Shown: piece by piece, positions 13,304 through 25,346 of the stretch
Position numbering within the stretch: position 1 is the first letter of the stretch
Layout: each line of letters starts with the position of its first letter
From: Lama glama
Lineage: Eukaryota
Assembly: GCA_028534125.1 (NCBI GenBank)
Contig: CM052818.1
Coordinates: 10,170,001-10,234,000 of the forward strand
Direction of reading: 5' to 3'
DNA: 64,000 nt
The notes under the pieces: generated by a model
Database searches by the model: none
What the model was told of the DNA's origin: nothing
The model's input: the letters and a program-made list of their open reading frames with translations, nothing else
Program-made: the position numbers and the translations under genes

Positions 13304-13689
13304 AAATTCCAACAGTTCGTGGTCCTGTTTATTCTCAGACAGAGAGTGGACGGCCTTTCGGAGGTGTCCGACTGTGCCGTCCAGCCAGACTGACATCTGT
13401 GGGAGTTCAGGGTTTTAAATGTTTAGTCTGCACGAGACCCCCAGGCCCCAGCGGGCTCAACTCCTGATAGGCCTGACTTAGCCATCCACCCCCACCCCCT
13501 CCTGTGAAATGAAATCATGGGGGTTTGTATGAAGGAAGCTTCCTCCCCCTGAAGTCCAAAGGGGCAGACCATGTGCAGGGCTGTCATCAAAGTTGTCAGG
13601 AACCTAAGCCTGGGGACTTAGTTAAGGCTGTAGGTCAGCACTCCCCTCCCCTTCCCTTCTCCCTTAGTTAGCCACCATGCTCCTCTGAT

Positions 13690-13895
13690 GGGCATGGCCA
13701 GGGCTAGGCTCTGTTCACTCAGCCCAGCAAACTGACCGCTCTCACTGCACTTACACACAGCCCTGCAATTGTTTGTCAACATGCCTGTATCACCCCCTCG
13801 CCCCTGCAAGAGTTCTGTTCTTTATTTCCCTTTAAGTCTCCAGCTTCTAGAACAGTGTCTGGCACAGAGCTTTTGTTCAATAAAAATTTTTGGAA
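13690..13895 (+). mobile_element. L2 3' end
   Basis: CTAGAACAGTGTCTGGCACAGAG...TTCAATAAAAATTTTTGGAATT. Confidence 0.6.
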
Positions 13896-14874
13896 TTGGC
13901 CTGAACTGGACTCAGCTCACCATGCTTGTCAAAAGCCTGAAGATTTCACTGGTGGCATTTGGGGCGCACAGAGGAGGTGAGCTTTTCAGATCTCTTGAAT
14001 TTGCATCTGCAAGAGTTCCTGGGCCACAGTCACGGGGTAGCCAGTGGGTAGGGGCTGCCCTCTGAAAGCCATTTGGTGACAGAAGAGGGACAGCTGGGGT
14101 CCGTGGGACAAAAAGGGGAAAGGGGAGGGATTACCCCCATGCTGCAGGTGTGCACTGCAGTTACTGCTTTTCTGTCTGAGAGTTCTACAGGGCCTAGGAG
14201 AGGGGACACCCTGGGAATGACATCAGTCTGAGTCCAGTAATCACCTACTTAGTTCTTGCCTGAGTAGCAGCAGGCAAACCACAATTAAATAAGTCTGGTT
14301 TAAAAAAATATGTTATTGCTAAATATACACTTTTTAACCAGTTTATATAACACTTTGTCTCTCAGGGTTCCTAGGGACTAAAGGGCGTGAAGATGCATAA
14401 GGCAAAACAAACAATTCAGCCAGCAAATTATTTGCATTGATATATAAATCAATTAGCAGAATATGAGTTGCAGAAAAAACCCAAAAAACCCCAAAACATC
14501 AGTTTGAACTGTGTATTAAAATATTGTCTCATGTATTGTGCCAAATGCCTAATTTAGAGGTCACCTCCAGGAAGTGTCCTTGCTCTCCTGGGGTCTCTTT
14601 TTGGCAGCTCCTGCAGTTTGGCCAGTTGTTCTTGGACCACAGGAGCTTTGGGTTTGGAGATTCTTTACATGCCAAGGACAGTTCAGTAGATAAGCCTAGC
14701 TTTGCTGTTCTTCAGTCTACACTGTCTGCTCTGATGCTGATCTGTGTTTATCTGCCTCTCCTTCCATTTAACATTTATAGTGAGCTTACTGTGTATATTA
14801 TGTAGCACTGTGACATTGTGAAGGGGATTCCAAAGGTATGGAATGTCCTTGCCTTGAGGAACTCACATCTAATT

Positions 14875-15096
14875 CAGGATTTCTAAACACCTGCCCTATT
14901 GACATTTTGGCCCAGAAAATTCTTTGTTGTCAGGGGTCGTCTTGTGCATTGTAGGATGTTTAGCAGCATTCCTGGCCTCTACCCACTAGATGCCAGTAGC
15001 TCCCTCTCCCCCCACTTCACCCTCAGTTGTGACAATAAAAGTGTCTCCAAACATTGTCCCCTGGGGGATGAAATCACCTCCGGTTGAGAACTGCTG
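14875..15096 (-). mobile_element. MER20 hAT-Charlie DNA transposon
   Basis: GTGCATTGTAGGATGTTTAGCAGCATTCCTGGCCTCTACCCACTAGATGCCAGTAGC; ends GTTGAGAACTGCTG; degenerate 8-bp TSD ATCTAATT/GTCTAACT. Confidence 0.9.
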
Positions 15097-15099
15097 GTC

Positions 15100-15400
15100 T
15101 AACTGAAGACAGACACACCTGACAGAGAGCAATGTGCTTTAATAGATGCATGCTCTTTGGGTTACGGAGAAAGAGGGGAACAGGGGACATTTGAACTGCA
15201 CCTGGAATAGTGTGTGGAAGTTTGCCAGGCACAGCAGAGAGGAAAGGGCATTGTATGCAGAAGGAAGAGTGTGCAAGATGCAAAGGCATTACAGAGCACA
15301 GTGGGCTTGGGACAGAAAGAGTTGGATGTGGCTGGTATATGGGCTGAATTATGGTGGAGGTGGAGGAGACAGGGGAGAGGACTAATAAAGCAGTCAAGGA
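15100..15400 (-). mobile_element. L2 fragment
   Basis: Purine-rich antisense L2 signature (GGAAAGGGCATTGTATGCAGAAGGAAGAGTGTGCAAGATGCAAAGGC). Confidence 0.55.
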
Positions 15401-17147
15401 CAAGGTGGAAGAGAACCCTGCAGTCATTGAAACACTCAGACTACACCCTTTTCTGACATTGGAACCAATGAAGATCTTCATACTTAGTCCAGCCTGAGGT
15501 GGGGTGGGCAGCTCATGTACTAATCAGCCAATCAGATCAAATCAAATCAAGTCAAGTCAAATCAGGTACTTTGGGTCAAGACTGTAGAATAGATGGATGT
15601 GAAGCTCACCTCCTTCCACAAATACATCAAAAAATACATTTACATGAGGAACAATTCTCACAGGATACCTGCTGAATGCTGGCAGATTTCATAAAACCAA
15701 AATTGCAAGAAAGATCACCATGTAATTGGGTAGGATGAAAGGAAAAAAAAAAAAAGGAATTCGGATGGGACCTGACCCCCTGGGAAGGAGCTGTTAAAGA
15801 AGAAAGGTTCCCTCACCCTGGGAAGGCCCTTCACCAGCAGGGAGATCAGCTGGGACAGAAAGAGTGTTTCAGAGGGTCAAAGGAGAGCGCAGCAGCCAGT
15901 CTGTGGCAGGCAGAGCAGAGAGAGACCAACACAGAGGGCCCATGGCCACCTCACTGCATTCCCCAGCCTGAGACATGCATCTGCTGGTGCTCTGGGGGGC
16001 TGGGTGCTGCAACTTGGGCTTCAGAGGACAGACCTGGGAAGAGAACTGGGGTTGGTTGTGCAGAGACAGCCTGAAGGGGTTGGAGTGTGCTCTAGGCTGC
16101 AATCACAAGTGTGTACAGAAAGGAGCTTTGGTCCACCATTGAAGCCCCATTGTTAATGTGAGTGAGTGAAAGGAGGCGTGGGGACTGCCATAGCAGACTG
16201 GTTCTCAAAGTGCTTACAATGGGCGCAGCTGTGCCTCTACGAGTTCAGGGAGTGTACAAGAGACAGCAGGTTGCTCACATGCGGAAGTGGGGCTGAAATC
16301 CAAGCCGATCACAAGGGACCCCATGACTTCGTAAGTGGGGCTGAAATCTGAGTGTCCCATCAGATGCTGGGCTATCCTCAGATTTATGCACCACTGATGA
16401 CTTTGTAAACTTAGTGCCTGTGGGACATCTTGAGTGGATTACTGGCACTTCTGTGGCTGGGGTGGGTCCCACTGTGGGCTCTGCAGGCATGCACACTTGG
16501 AGGTGGGGCCAGGTCTGGGCTGACTCAGTAGCTCCCAGGGCAGGTCCAGGTGTACTACTATAACAATCCTGCTGCCTGACCTCAGCAGTTCTGCGCCTGG
16601 ATCTATACTAGTGACTTTGTGAGCACAGTGCCCGAGGGACACTGTGCTTGAATTTTTTTGGTTGAGGCAGGGCAGTGCCAAAAACTGTACTTTATGAGCC
16701 AGCACAATAGGTGACAGGCAGCACTGCATAGTGCACTTCCCAGTGCACAGCTTTTGCAGAGGAATATGCAGTGGTTTCTTTCCCAGCAGGAGCACTCCAG
16801 TCCTGCCTAACTGACACCGCAGTTCAGAAACAGATCTGGGGGCATGTACTGGGGAGTAGACCCTGCCCCCAAGAAGGCAGTGACAACCACAGAGCAAAGA
16901 GAAGGCTCTCCTCAACATCCAGTGCAGACTGTGGTCAGCACAACAATCACACCCCCTATCAAGGGGATACCAGCCAGTCAACACTGAGGGAAGATGTGGC
17001 AGGCATACATACTGAGAACAGCCCTCAGACCAAAAATATTAAACTCATAGATGTTACACAGGGACATTCCCACATAAAAAAAACCCTTCAAGACCACAGT
17101 AGATAACTGTTTCTCCTAATTCATAGAGTCAGAGAAATATAAGTAAA

Positions 17148-18015
17148 ATGAAGAAGCAGAGGAACCACTCCCAATTAAGAATCAAGAGAATTCCTTTGAA
17201 AGAACAAACAATGAAACAGACATCTCCAGTCTACCAGATCCTAAGTTCAAAGAGGTAATGAAAATACTGAAGGAATTAAGAAAGGCTATTGATAGAAATG
17301 CAGACTACTGTAAAAAGGAACTAGAAACTATAAAAGAGGAGCCAATTAAAATTAGAAAACACATTTGCTGAGACAAAAGCTGAGCTAAAAGCAATAAGTA
17401 GCAACTGGGTAATGCAGAAAAATGAATAAGTGATCTTGAAGATAGAATAATGGAAATCAGCCAATCAGAAGAGCAGACAAAAAGACAAATGAAAACAATA
17501 TATGAGTCCCATGGGATAATATAAAGCATCACAATCTGTGCATAATAGGGATCCCAGAAGGAGAAGAAAGAGGAAAGAGGATTGAAAATGTATTTGAAGA
17601 AATTATGGTTGAAAGCTTCCCAAACCTAAATAAGGAAATAGATATCCAGGTACAGGAAGCACAGAGGGTCCCAAACAAGACGAAAAACAGACCTACATTA
17701 AGACATATCACAATTAAAATGGCAGAAGTTAAAGAGAGGATTCTAAAGCAGCAAGAGAAAAATAAAGAGTTAATTACAAGGGAACCCCCATAAGACTATC
17801 AGCTGATTTCTCTACAGAAAGTTGCTGGCCAGAAGGGAGTGGTGAGATATAGTCAAAGTCCTGAAAGGGAAAAACCTGCCATCTAGGATACTCTACTGAG
17901 CAATTATCATTTAGAATAGAAGGAGAGATAAAGAATGTCTCAGACAGGCAAAAACTAAAAGAATACAGCAATACTAAACCTATCCTAAAAGAAATACTGA
18001 AGTATCTCTGAATAG
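17148..18015 (+). pseudogene. L1 ORF1p remnant with frameshifts and stops
   Basis: ORF 17605-17793 reads ESFPNLNKEIDIQVQEAQRVPNK..RPTLRHITIKM, typical of L1 ORF1p. Confidence 0.9.
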
Positions 18016-18411
18016 AAAAGAAGCAAGAATCTATAGGAAAGGAAAAAATTACAATTGGAAAGTAAAACACTTAAATAAGCCAGTACACAGATTAAATTAA
18101 AAATTTGTGAAAGCAATGATAACTACAATGAACAGCAAAAGGATAAAAATGAAGATGTAAAAGAGGTTTTTTTAGAATGTGTTTGAGTCTACATGACTAG
18201 CAGTCTAAAGCAAGTAGATATAGTAATGAGTAAACGTCCTTGAAAAACAGGGTAACCAAAAATCAAAAACATTCAGTAGAATCACAAAAACCAAAAAGAA
18301 GAGAACTCAAGGATAATACAAAAGAAGATCATCAAACCACAAAAGGAAAAACAAAAAGAAAATGAAAGGAACAGAGAAGAAATATAAAATCAACTGGAAG
18401 ACAAAGTTTAA

Positions 18412-19886
18412 AATCACGGTAAGTACACATCTATCAATAATTACCTTAAATGTCAATGGACTAAATGCTCCCATCAAAAGTCATAGAGTAGCAGATTGGA
18501 TAATATAACAAGGGCCTACAATATGTTACCTGCAAGAGACCCACTTCAGGGCAAAGGACACATGTAGATTGATAGTGAGGGGATGGAAAGAGATATTTCA
18601 TGTAAACAGAAATGGCAGGAAAGTTAGGTAGCAATATTAATATCAGACAAAATGACTTTAAAAGAAAGGCCATGCATAGTGCCTAAGGTGTTATATAGTG
18701 CAATATCTGTCAGTTTTCACAGAACTGGAACAAAAATTTTTTAATATGTATGGAAACATAAAAGAGCCTGAATAGCCAAAACAATCTTGAGAAAAACAGA
18801 GCTAGATGAATCATGCTCCTTGACTTCAGGCTGTACTACAAAGCTACAGTAATTACTACAGTAATCAAAACAGTATGGTACTGTCCCCAGAACAGACACG
18901 TAGCTAGGTGGTACAGGATAGAAAATCCATAAATAAACCCATGCATCTATGGTCAATTAATCTACAACAAAGGAGATAAGAATATACAATGGAGAAAAGA
19001 CAGTCTCTTCAATAAGTGGTGCTGGGAAAACTGGACAGCTACATGCAAAAGAACAAAATTTGAACATTCTCTAATGCCATACACAAAAATAAACTAAAAA
19101 TGGACCAAAGACTGAAATGTAAAACCAGATACTCTAAAATTTCTAGAGGAAAACAACCTATAGGCTGGGAAAACTATTTACAAATTTACAAATGATGTGA
19201 CTCACCAGGGCTTAATTTTTAAAATATACAAACAGCTCATACAACTCAATAACAAAAAACCTAATAATCCAGTCAAAACTGAGCAGAAGACCCAAATAGA
19301 CATTTCTCCAAAGAAGACATACAGATGGCCAATAAGCACATGAAAATAAGCTCAGCATCACTAATTATCAAAGAAATGCGAATCAAAACTACAATGAGGT
19401 ACCATTTCACACTGGTCAGAGTGGCCATCATTAAAAAGTCTACAAATAACAAGTGCTGGAGAGAGTGTGGAGAAAAGGGAATCTTCCTACACTGTTCGTG
19501 GGAATGTAAATGGGCACAGTCACTATGGAAAACAGCATGGAGGATCTTTAAAAAACTAAAAATAGAGTTACCATATGATCCAGCAATCCCACTCCTAAGC
19601 ATATATCCAGAGGGAACTCTAATTCAAAAAATACATGCACCCCAATGTTCATAGCAGCACTATTTACAATAGCCAAGACATAGAAGCAACCTAAATGTCC
19701 ATTGACAGATGAATGGATAAAGAGGATGTGATATATATAGACAATGAACTACTACTCAGCCATAAAAAAGAATGGAATAATGCCATTTGCAGCAACATGG
19801 ATGGACCTGGAGATTGTCATTCTAAGTGAGGGAGGCCAGAAAGAGAAAGAAAGATCCATGTGATATCATTTATATGTTGAATCTAA
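18412..19886 (+). pseudogene. L1 ORF2p remnant lacking most of EN and all of RT
   Basis: EN N-terminus joins directly at ~18670 to post-RT sequence. C-terminal peptide [42 protein letters not shown]. Confidence 0.9.
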
Positions 19887-20326
19887 AGTATGATACAAAT
19901 TTATGGTTACCAAAGGGGAAAGGGGTTGGGGGATGGATAAATTAGGAGTCTGGAATTAGTAGATAGAAACTACTATATAAAAAACAGATATACAACAAGG
20001 CCCTACTGTATAGCACAGGGAACTATATTCAATATCCTGTAATAAAACATAGTGGAAAAGAATGTGAAAAAGAATATGTATAACTGAATCACTTTGCTGT
20101 ACACCAGAAACTAACATAACATTGTAGATCAGCTATACTTCAATTAAAAATAAAAACTAACCCATGTGAAAAAAAATCAAATCAAATCAAAGGAAGTTAC
20201 CTGATCTTCTTCCTCGATCACCTACTTAACCTTAAGTAGAAACTAGAAATAAAGTGAGCTGAACTCATTATGTGTATGTCAAGATCTTTCCTAAGAGCAT
20301 AGCAATGTACTGAATTCCGAGTTACT

Positions 20327-20707
20327 GTGGAAGAGGTAGCTGTCTCCCCTTGCACACTGTAGAGCTGTCGCTGAGAAGATGCTGCATTTCTCTGTCCCTT
20401 TCTTGCATCTCAGTGGAGACGTGACAGTTTCTCACCAGTGGAACGTGAGTGGATGTGGTGTGTGCCACTTCCAGGCCATGACTGTCCCATATCCTTTTCC
20501 TCTTCCACCAGCCCTAGAGGAATGAAGCTCCAGAGCATGGCAGAGCCACACAACAGAAGCAGCCTAGGCCTTTGAAAGACTGTGTGGGAGAGAGCTTCTC
20601 GCAGACCAGAGCACCCTCCCAAGGTCTTACAGGGGCAGGAGATAAATTTCTGTGGAGTTAAGTCACTGCATTTTGGGTTACTGCATCTTAGGCTGTCCTA
20701 ACAAACA
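20327..20707 (+). mobile_element. MaLR solo LTR, MLT1J/MLT1I-like
   Basis: GTGAGTGGATGTGGTGTGTGCCACTTCCAGGCC...ATGGCAGAGCCACA...GATAAATTTCTGTGGAGTTAAGTCACTG. Confidence 0.7.
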
Positions 20708-21192
20708 AGGGACTGTACTTGCTAATCTAGTCCTAAGAGCACAAATGTCCACTCTGTTGCCAACACTGAACTGGATAACACTGCTTTTGAAATGGTGATG
20801 TTTCAAATGATGCATGGGGGGAGAGTGAGGTGCTGGCTTGCTCCTCCTTCCCAGAGCTTGCAGTCAGATTCCCGGATGGTAGCTGCCCTCTGTGCTTTTA
20901 TGTCTTTCCCTCCTCACCCACCACTCCCCCTCATACCCCACTATTCTCTCCATCCCCTTTTCCCATTGGTTATAGAGCCTCCCCATGAAAAGCTGGAGGA
21001 CTTAGCCGTTGGCTTTCTGCTAAGGCACTAGACAGAAAGCTCACTGGAGCTGCCCAGAAGGTGCAAATGTCCATTGCTTCTCTTTTCATGGTTGGGCCCT
21101 AATACTCCAAGTCAGCTGTGTTGTCTGGTCCAGTTGGCTGCAGCTAAATAGTAGATGCCCTCTTGTGCTCCTGAAAACAAGAGGGCTGTCTG

Positions 21193-21240
21193 GTGTGTGT
21201 CTTGTGTGTATATGTGTGTGTGTGTGTCTGCATGTGTGTC
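21193..21240. repeat. Degenerate (TG)n
   Basis: Seen directly. Confidence 0.85.
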
Positions 21241-22829
21241 CACGTGCTGTGGACCTGATATCAGACACAGGCAAGTAAAGTGTCATCTATTTACGTGTGG
21301 GAATTGGAGGACTTGATATGGGGAGTTTCAAGAGCATACATGTGGATACATTTTACCATTTGGCTTGTGGGGGAAATGACCTCTGGGATATTACAGGGAG
21401 CTTCATATGTGTGTGCCGGTGACTACTGGCAATAAGATGGCAGTAAGAAAGGCATTGCTTTCTAAAGTCCCTTTCCCAAATGACCCCTTTTTACGCCATC
21501 TGCCATACCTGCTTGCATACTATTCAACAGAGGAGGAAGAGGAGGAGGGGAAGTGGGGGTGGTGGTGAAAAATAGAAGGGAAACTTGAGTTTGCCTTTTC
21601 TTTCTCTTTCTGTTTCTCCACCCTCAGCCATCATTAACAGAAAAATATTTTTAAAAGATCCCTTGATGGCATCCCCAAATAGGAAGGCTGACATTTTCTT
21701 AGCTGATGGCCTCTTTCGTGAAGGTATTTTATCTCCTCCCAGCATGCCTGCTGGATCCCCAGTTTGCTGTGGTTGCTAAGGTAAATACTCTTTCCATTAA
21801 GCACCACAGCCCAGGAGTGGCCTAAAGCTCAAATAAATGACCAAGGAGCAAGTTAAACATTCCCTGGGGTGACTTTAACCTATGCAATGGCTTTTTGGGA
21901 AAATGGCCTATTTTTTCAAGTTTTGACCAGGGTCGGGGGTGTCTCTTATTCCCTTGTTTTTTCTTTTTTCAGCTGAGTATACCTTCTCTTTCATTTATTC
22001 ATGCACTGGATAAAGGGTGGAAGCAGGATTAATAAATCACAGAAGACTGCCTCCCAACTCTGTATTTGTAAAGAAAGCCAGAGCAGGATACACGTGGGAT
22101 GTTCACTTTGGGGGGACCTGGGCCATGTAGCCAATACATGCAGAGGCCCCACTTCCCTTTCCTGTGAAAATACCACAGCACAACAGGCACCGGAAAAAGG
22201 TGTCCTTCCAGAGAATTCCTATTCTGGCGGGAGGAAGATTCAAGGGTCCTGGTCCTCCATGACATTTCCAGATGAGTGCGCCCAGAGGTTTGCACATGGC
22301 TTGGTTTTGCTTGTTCTCCTTTGCCTCAAGAAGGATGTGTTCATGGACCTCAGGGGAAAAAAGTGTCCTGATAGTGGTCATGCTTTGTTACTTGATTAAA
22401 AGGCCATGGGACAGCCTTATCTTCTTTTAATCTTTCGTGGTGGAGGAGTCTGGATGGCCTGGCAGAAGGCAGTGTTGGCCAGTGGAGGGAAATCCCGTTG
22501 ATGCCAGCTGGACCCCCGAGGAAGAGAATGTCTCCCCAGAGTCACTCCCAATTCTTCCCTGACTACCTGTCTGGAATTTGCTGCTAAGCTAGGTGTGCTT
22601 CATCTCCCTGCTGCCCCAGATTCCTGTCTCTTCTTTCCATACCCTCTCTGTGTCCAACGTGCCCAAGAGTCTCAGTAAACTTCTTATCACAGAAGTCAAG
22701 CACTGAGGGGACTGAAGACTATGATTATAACGTCCCAGGTGGGCACTTTGCAAACCGTGTTTCTCTGCTCCAGGGACAAGGAGAATCCTCAGGTGTGGGC
22801 AGTGGTTCCTTAGTCAATGTGATCTTTTT

Positions 22830-23325
22830 AGAAATGTGTATCAGATCATGTCAGTATGCTTACTGAACTTTGAACAAAACTGCATCCTGAGAGTTTGGCC
22901 TCTGTGACTTCACCTTTCTCACTACATCTCATGCTCTTTGCTCTTTGAGGGGGCAGCGGGCCCCTCAGTCTCCTCCGCAGTTCCAACTTCCATGGCGCTT
23001 CCCCTGTGTATCACTTGGCTACCCCCGCATCCTTCCTTTGGGTTCCACTTAAATACCTGTCCTCTGAGGGGGCCTTCCCTGACCCACAGACAAAGTCAGT
23101 GTTGCAAGGTGCACATTCATAGAGCTTGGTACTTTTTCTCCATTGCATGAGGCCCAACTGAAGTTACTTAGGTATTTGGTATGATAATTTGCTTAATGTC
23201 CATCTTTCCCACTAAACTGTAAGAGCTACAGGAGCAGGGGGAAGCCTGTTCCATCTATAGATGAATCTATCCTATGGCATCTAGTAAATGCTCAATAAAT
23301 ACATGTTTAATGAAAGAGAGAATGA
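22830..23325 (+). mobile_element. L2 3' portion
   Basis: TCAGATCATGTCA...CTGAGGGGGCCTTCCCTGACC...CCACTAAACTGTAAG...GCTCAATAAATACATGTTTAATGAA. Confidence 0.75.
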
Positions 23326-24719
23326 TTGAGTGGCACTGCCTGTCTGGAATAGTATCTGGCCTCCTTTTTATTTTTTTCCCCACCCTTCAACTTGTCTGTC
23401 ATCTGTTAACAGAGCAGATTAAAATAATTTCACCAGCACTCCTTTTTGAAAGGGAAAGATGAGTGTGCCTTTGAAAGCACCTTCTTTAGGCAGCTCTCAA
23501 AGAATATAGTCTTTCTTTCCCTTCCTGGTGTGGGAAATTGGAGCTCCCAATCAGTATGCACAGGGTCTGGATCCTGGAGATCTTGGAAGTGACCTGGATG
23601 TCCTGGAGGCTGTCCAGGGCCTGGAACCAGTTGAAGAGGCCCCACTGCCCATTGCTGAGGCCTGAACTCCTTGTTCAAGCAACCTCTTTGCCAAACCGCC
23701 TTGGGCTACAACACCAGGCTCCAGAGCAAGACTTGGATGGAGATATTAGAGAATAGTTCTGACACCCACCTCCTTTTCCTTCTGAAAAAGCCCAGGTTTA
23801 TGGCCCTTTCAGGAAATATGGGAGGGGAAGGCCCAGACTGCAACTGGGGCAGGAATAGGGGTGGGGGCGAGATGGAGGAGAATTCTTATGTTTTTCGTTC
23901 TTGACTCTAAGTCAGTCTGTTTTTGTACTTGTGTCTTTTAAGCTTTTCCACATGTGCCCCAAGGGCCCATCGGTGAGTGTGTTTTATAAACTGGAAAAAT
24001 GAATAAAAATAAAACCCAGAAGGGAAACACCAGAAGGAGTGTGAAGGGAAAAGTGTTAGTTCCTCTGTACCTCCCAGCTAGGCCTGCCCTGCATTTGTGG
24101 GAGTCCCAGGGTCAGGTTTATTTGGCTTTGTGGATAAAATGTGGAGTCTTCGTTCAGAGAAAGCCTCATCGGTTTTGTACTTGGCCTGCTTGGTTCAGCA
24201 TTAATTAACTTCAGGAAGGTAAAAAGTGATCCCTTTTTATTTGGCTATCTGGCTCCACAAACCTTGTTGGCTTCCTGTCCCATAGATGTTGGATTGATGG
24301 GACTGCAAATGTGTAAAGTCTTGTACAGGAAGCCCCCTGGCACGGCCATACAGAGGCTCTTGCCTCCCGCTGGACCCCCGAACACAGACAACCAGGAGGC
24401 CCAGACCCCACCTCTCAGTTTGCACCTTAGGAAATGGTACCTGAAAGAAAAGTTTTCTTTTCTTACCATGCTTGGGCCTAAACAAGAGCCCAGGGGAGGG
24501 GCTACTTGGAAAATAAACTCTCTGAATTGCCTGAAAAAAATCAACCACAACCCAAACCCCAAATATTTTGAAAAGCAGCATATTTAGGGAGTTAGAAGAA
24601 CTTTGAAATAATTCCAGAAGGTTTGTGTTGACCCCAGCATGGTCTCTGTCTTGTGATTCAGCGTTTTGTCTTCCAAACCCTGCTTTAGCAACTTTATCAG
24701 TAAAAACATCTTTGAGAAT

Positions 24720-24797
24720 GTACACAGAACACATGTATATATGTATGTATGTGTATATATATGTATGTATGTATTTAAGTTCATGTATACACACACT
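24720..24797. repeat. (TATG)n/(TA)n low-complexity tract
   Basis: Seen directly. Confidence 0.8.
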
Positions 24798-25346
24798 TTT
24801 GTACCCACAGTTTGCATATATTTAAAAACAAACCCCTAAATAAAAGCTTAAGAATTAATACAGATGAAATAAATGTTTAAAAATAGTGATTTTTAATCTA
24901 TTAACAATACAAAAATCTTTTTATTCTAAGACATATTATCAGTACTGATATTTTTAGTGAGAGCAATGGGATTGGATAGGCTCACTGTTTTTGAACATCT
25001 CAGTGTAATGCTTTGTGACACAGTGAGTCAAAAGTCTGGTTCTAGGTTTGATTTTTCAAAACCTGGGCTGTAACAGCTACAAAAGATACGTAAGATACAT
25101 AAGCCTAAGTGGAAGAAGGGAACTGGAGCTCTCCTTTCTGAATCCCAGCCTCTGTGGAGGCATAAATTTTAATTTGCCCCAAAGTGCTACAGCAAACAAA
25201 CAAGTGAGGGTGTCACTGTCAATCCTTCTTTATGGGATTTCCACCTTTCCATCAGGACATCTCCAGTGCCATATATGACACTGATCCTTTGTCACACAGC
25301 AGCAATGTGTCTGTCAAATATTAGTAAAGCTTATTTTCTTTATTAC

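Larger units (their letters stand above)
15565..20173 (+). mobile_element. End-to-end artiodactyl-type L1 with internal deletions: 5'UTR, degenerate ORF1, truncated ORF2, 3'UTR, poly(A)
   Basis: 5'UTR starts with the artiodactyl-type motif (GCTCACCTCCTTCCACAAATACATCAAAAAATACAT). ORF1 remnant ~17148-18015, ~400-bp spacer, ORF2 EN start (ACCTTAAATGTCAATGGACTAAAT = TLNVNGLN), ORF2 C-terminal Cys-rich peptide in ORF 19325-19654. TSD AAGTCAAGTCAAATCA (15549-15564) / AAATCAAATCAAATCA (20174-20189). Confidence 0.95.

Noticed and set aside
16275..17106. ORFs in the L1 5'UTR (ORF0-like)
   Set aside because: The element is old and CpG-decayed, and nothing distinguishes these from chance frames.
19273..19654. 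109-aa ORFs on both strands
   Set aside because: These are the L1 ORF2 C-terminal remnant and its commonly open antisense frame, not a host gene.
24141..24825. Overlapping 148-aa and 185-aa ORFs
   Set aside because: They partly translate a (TATG)n tract and show no recognisable homology.
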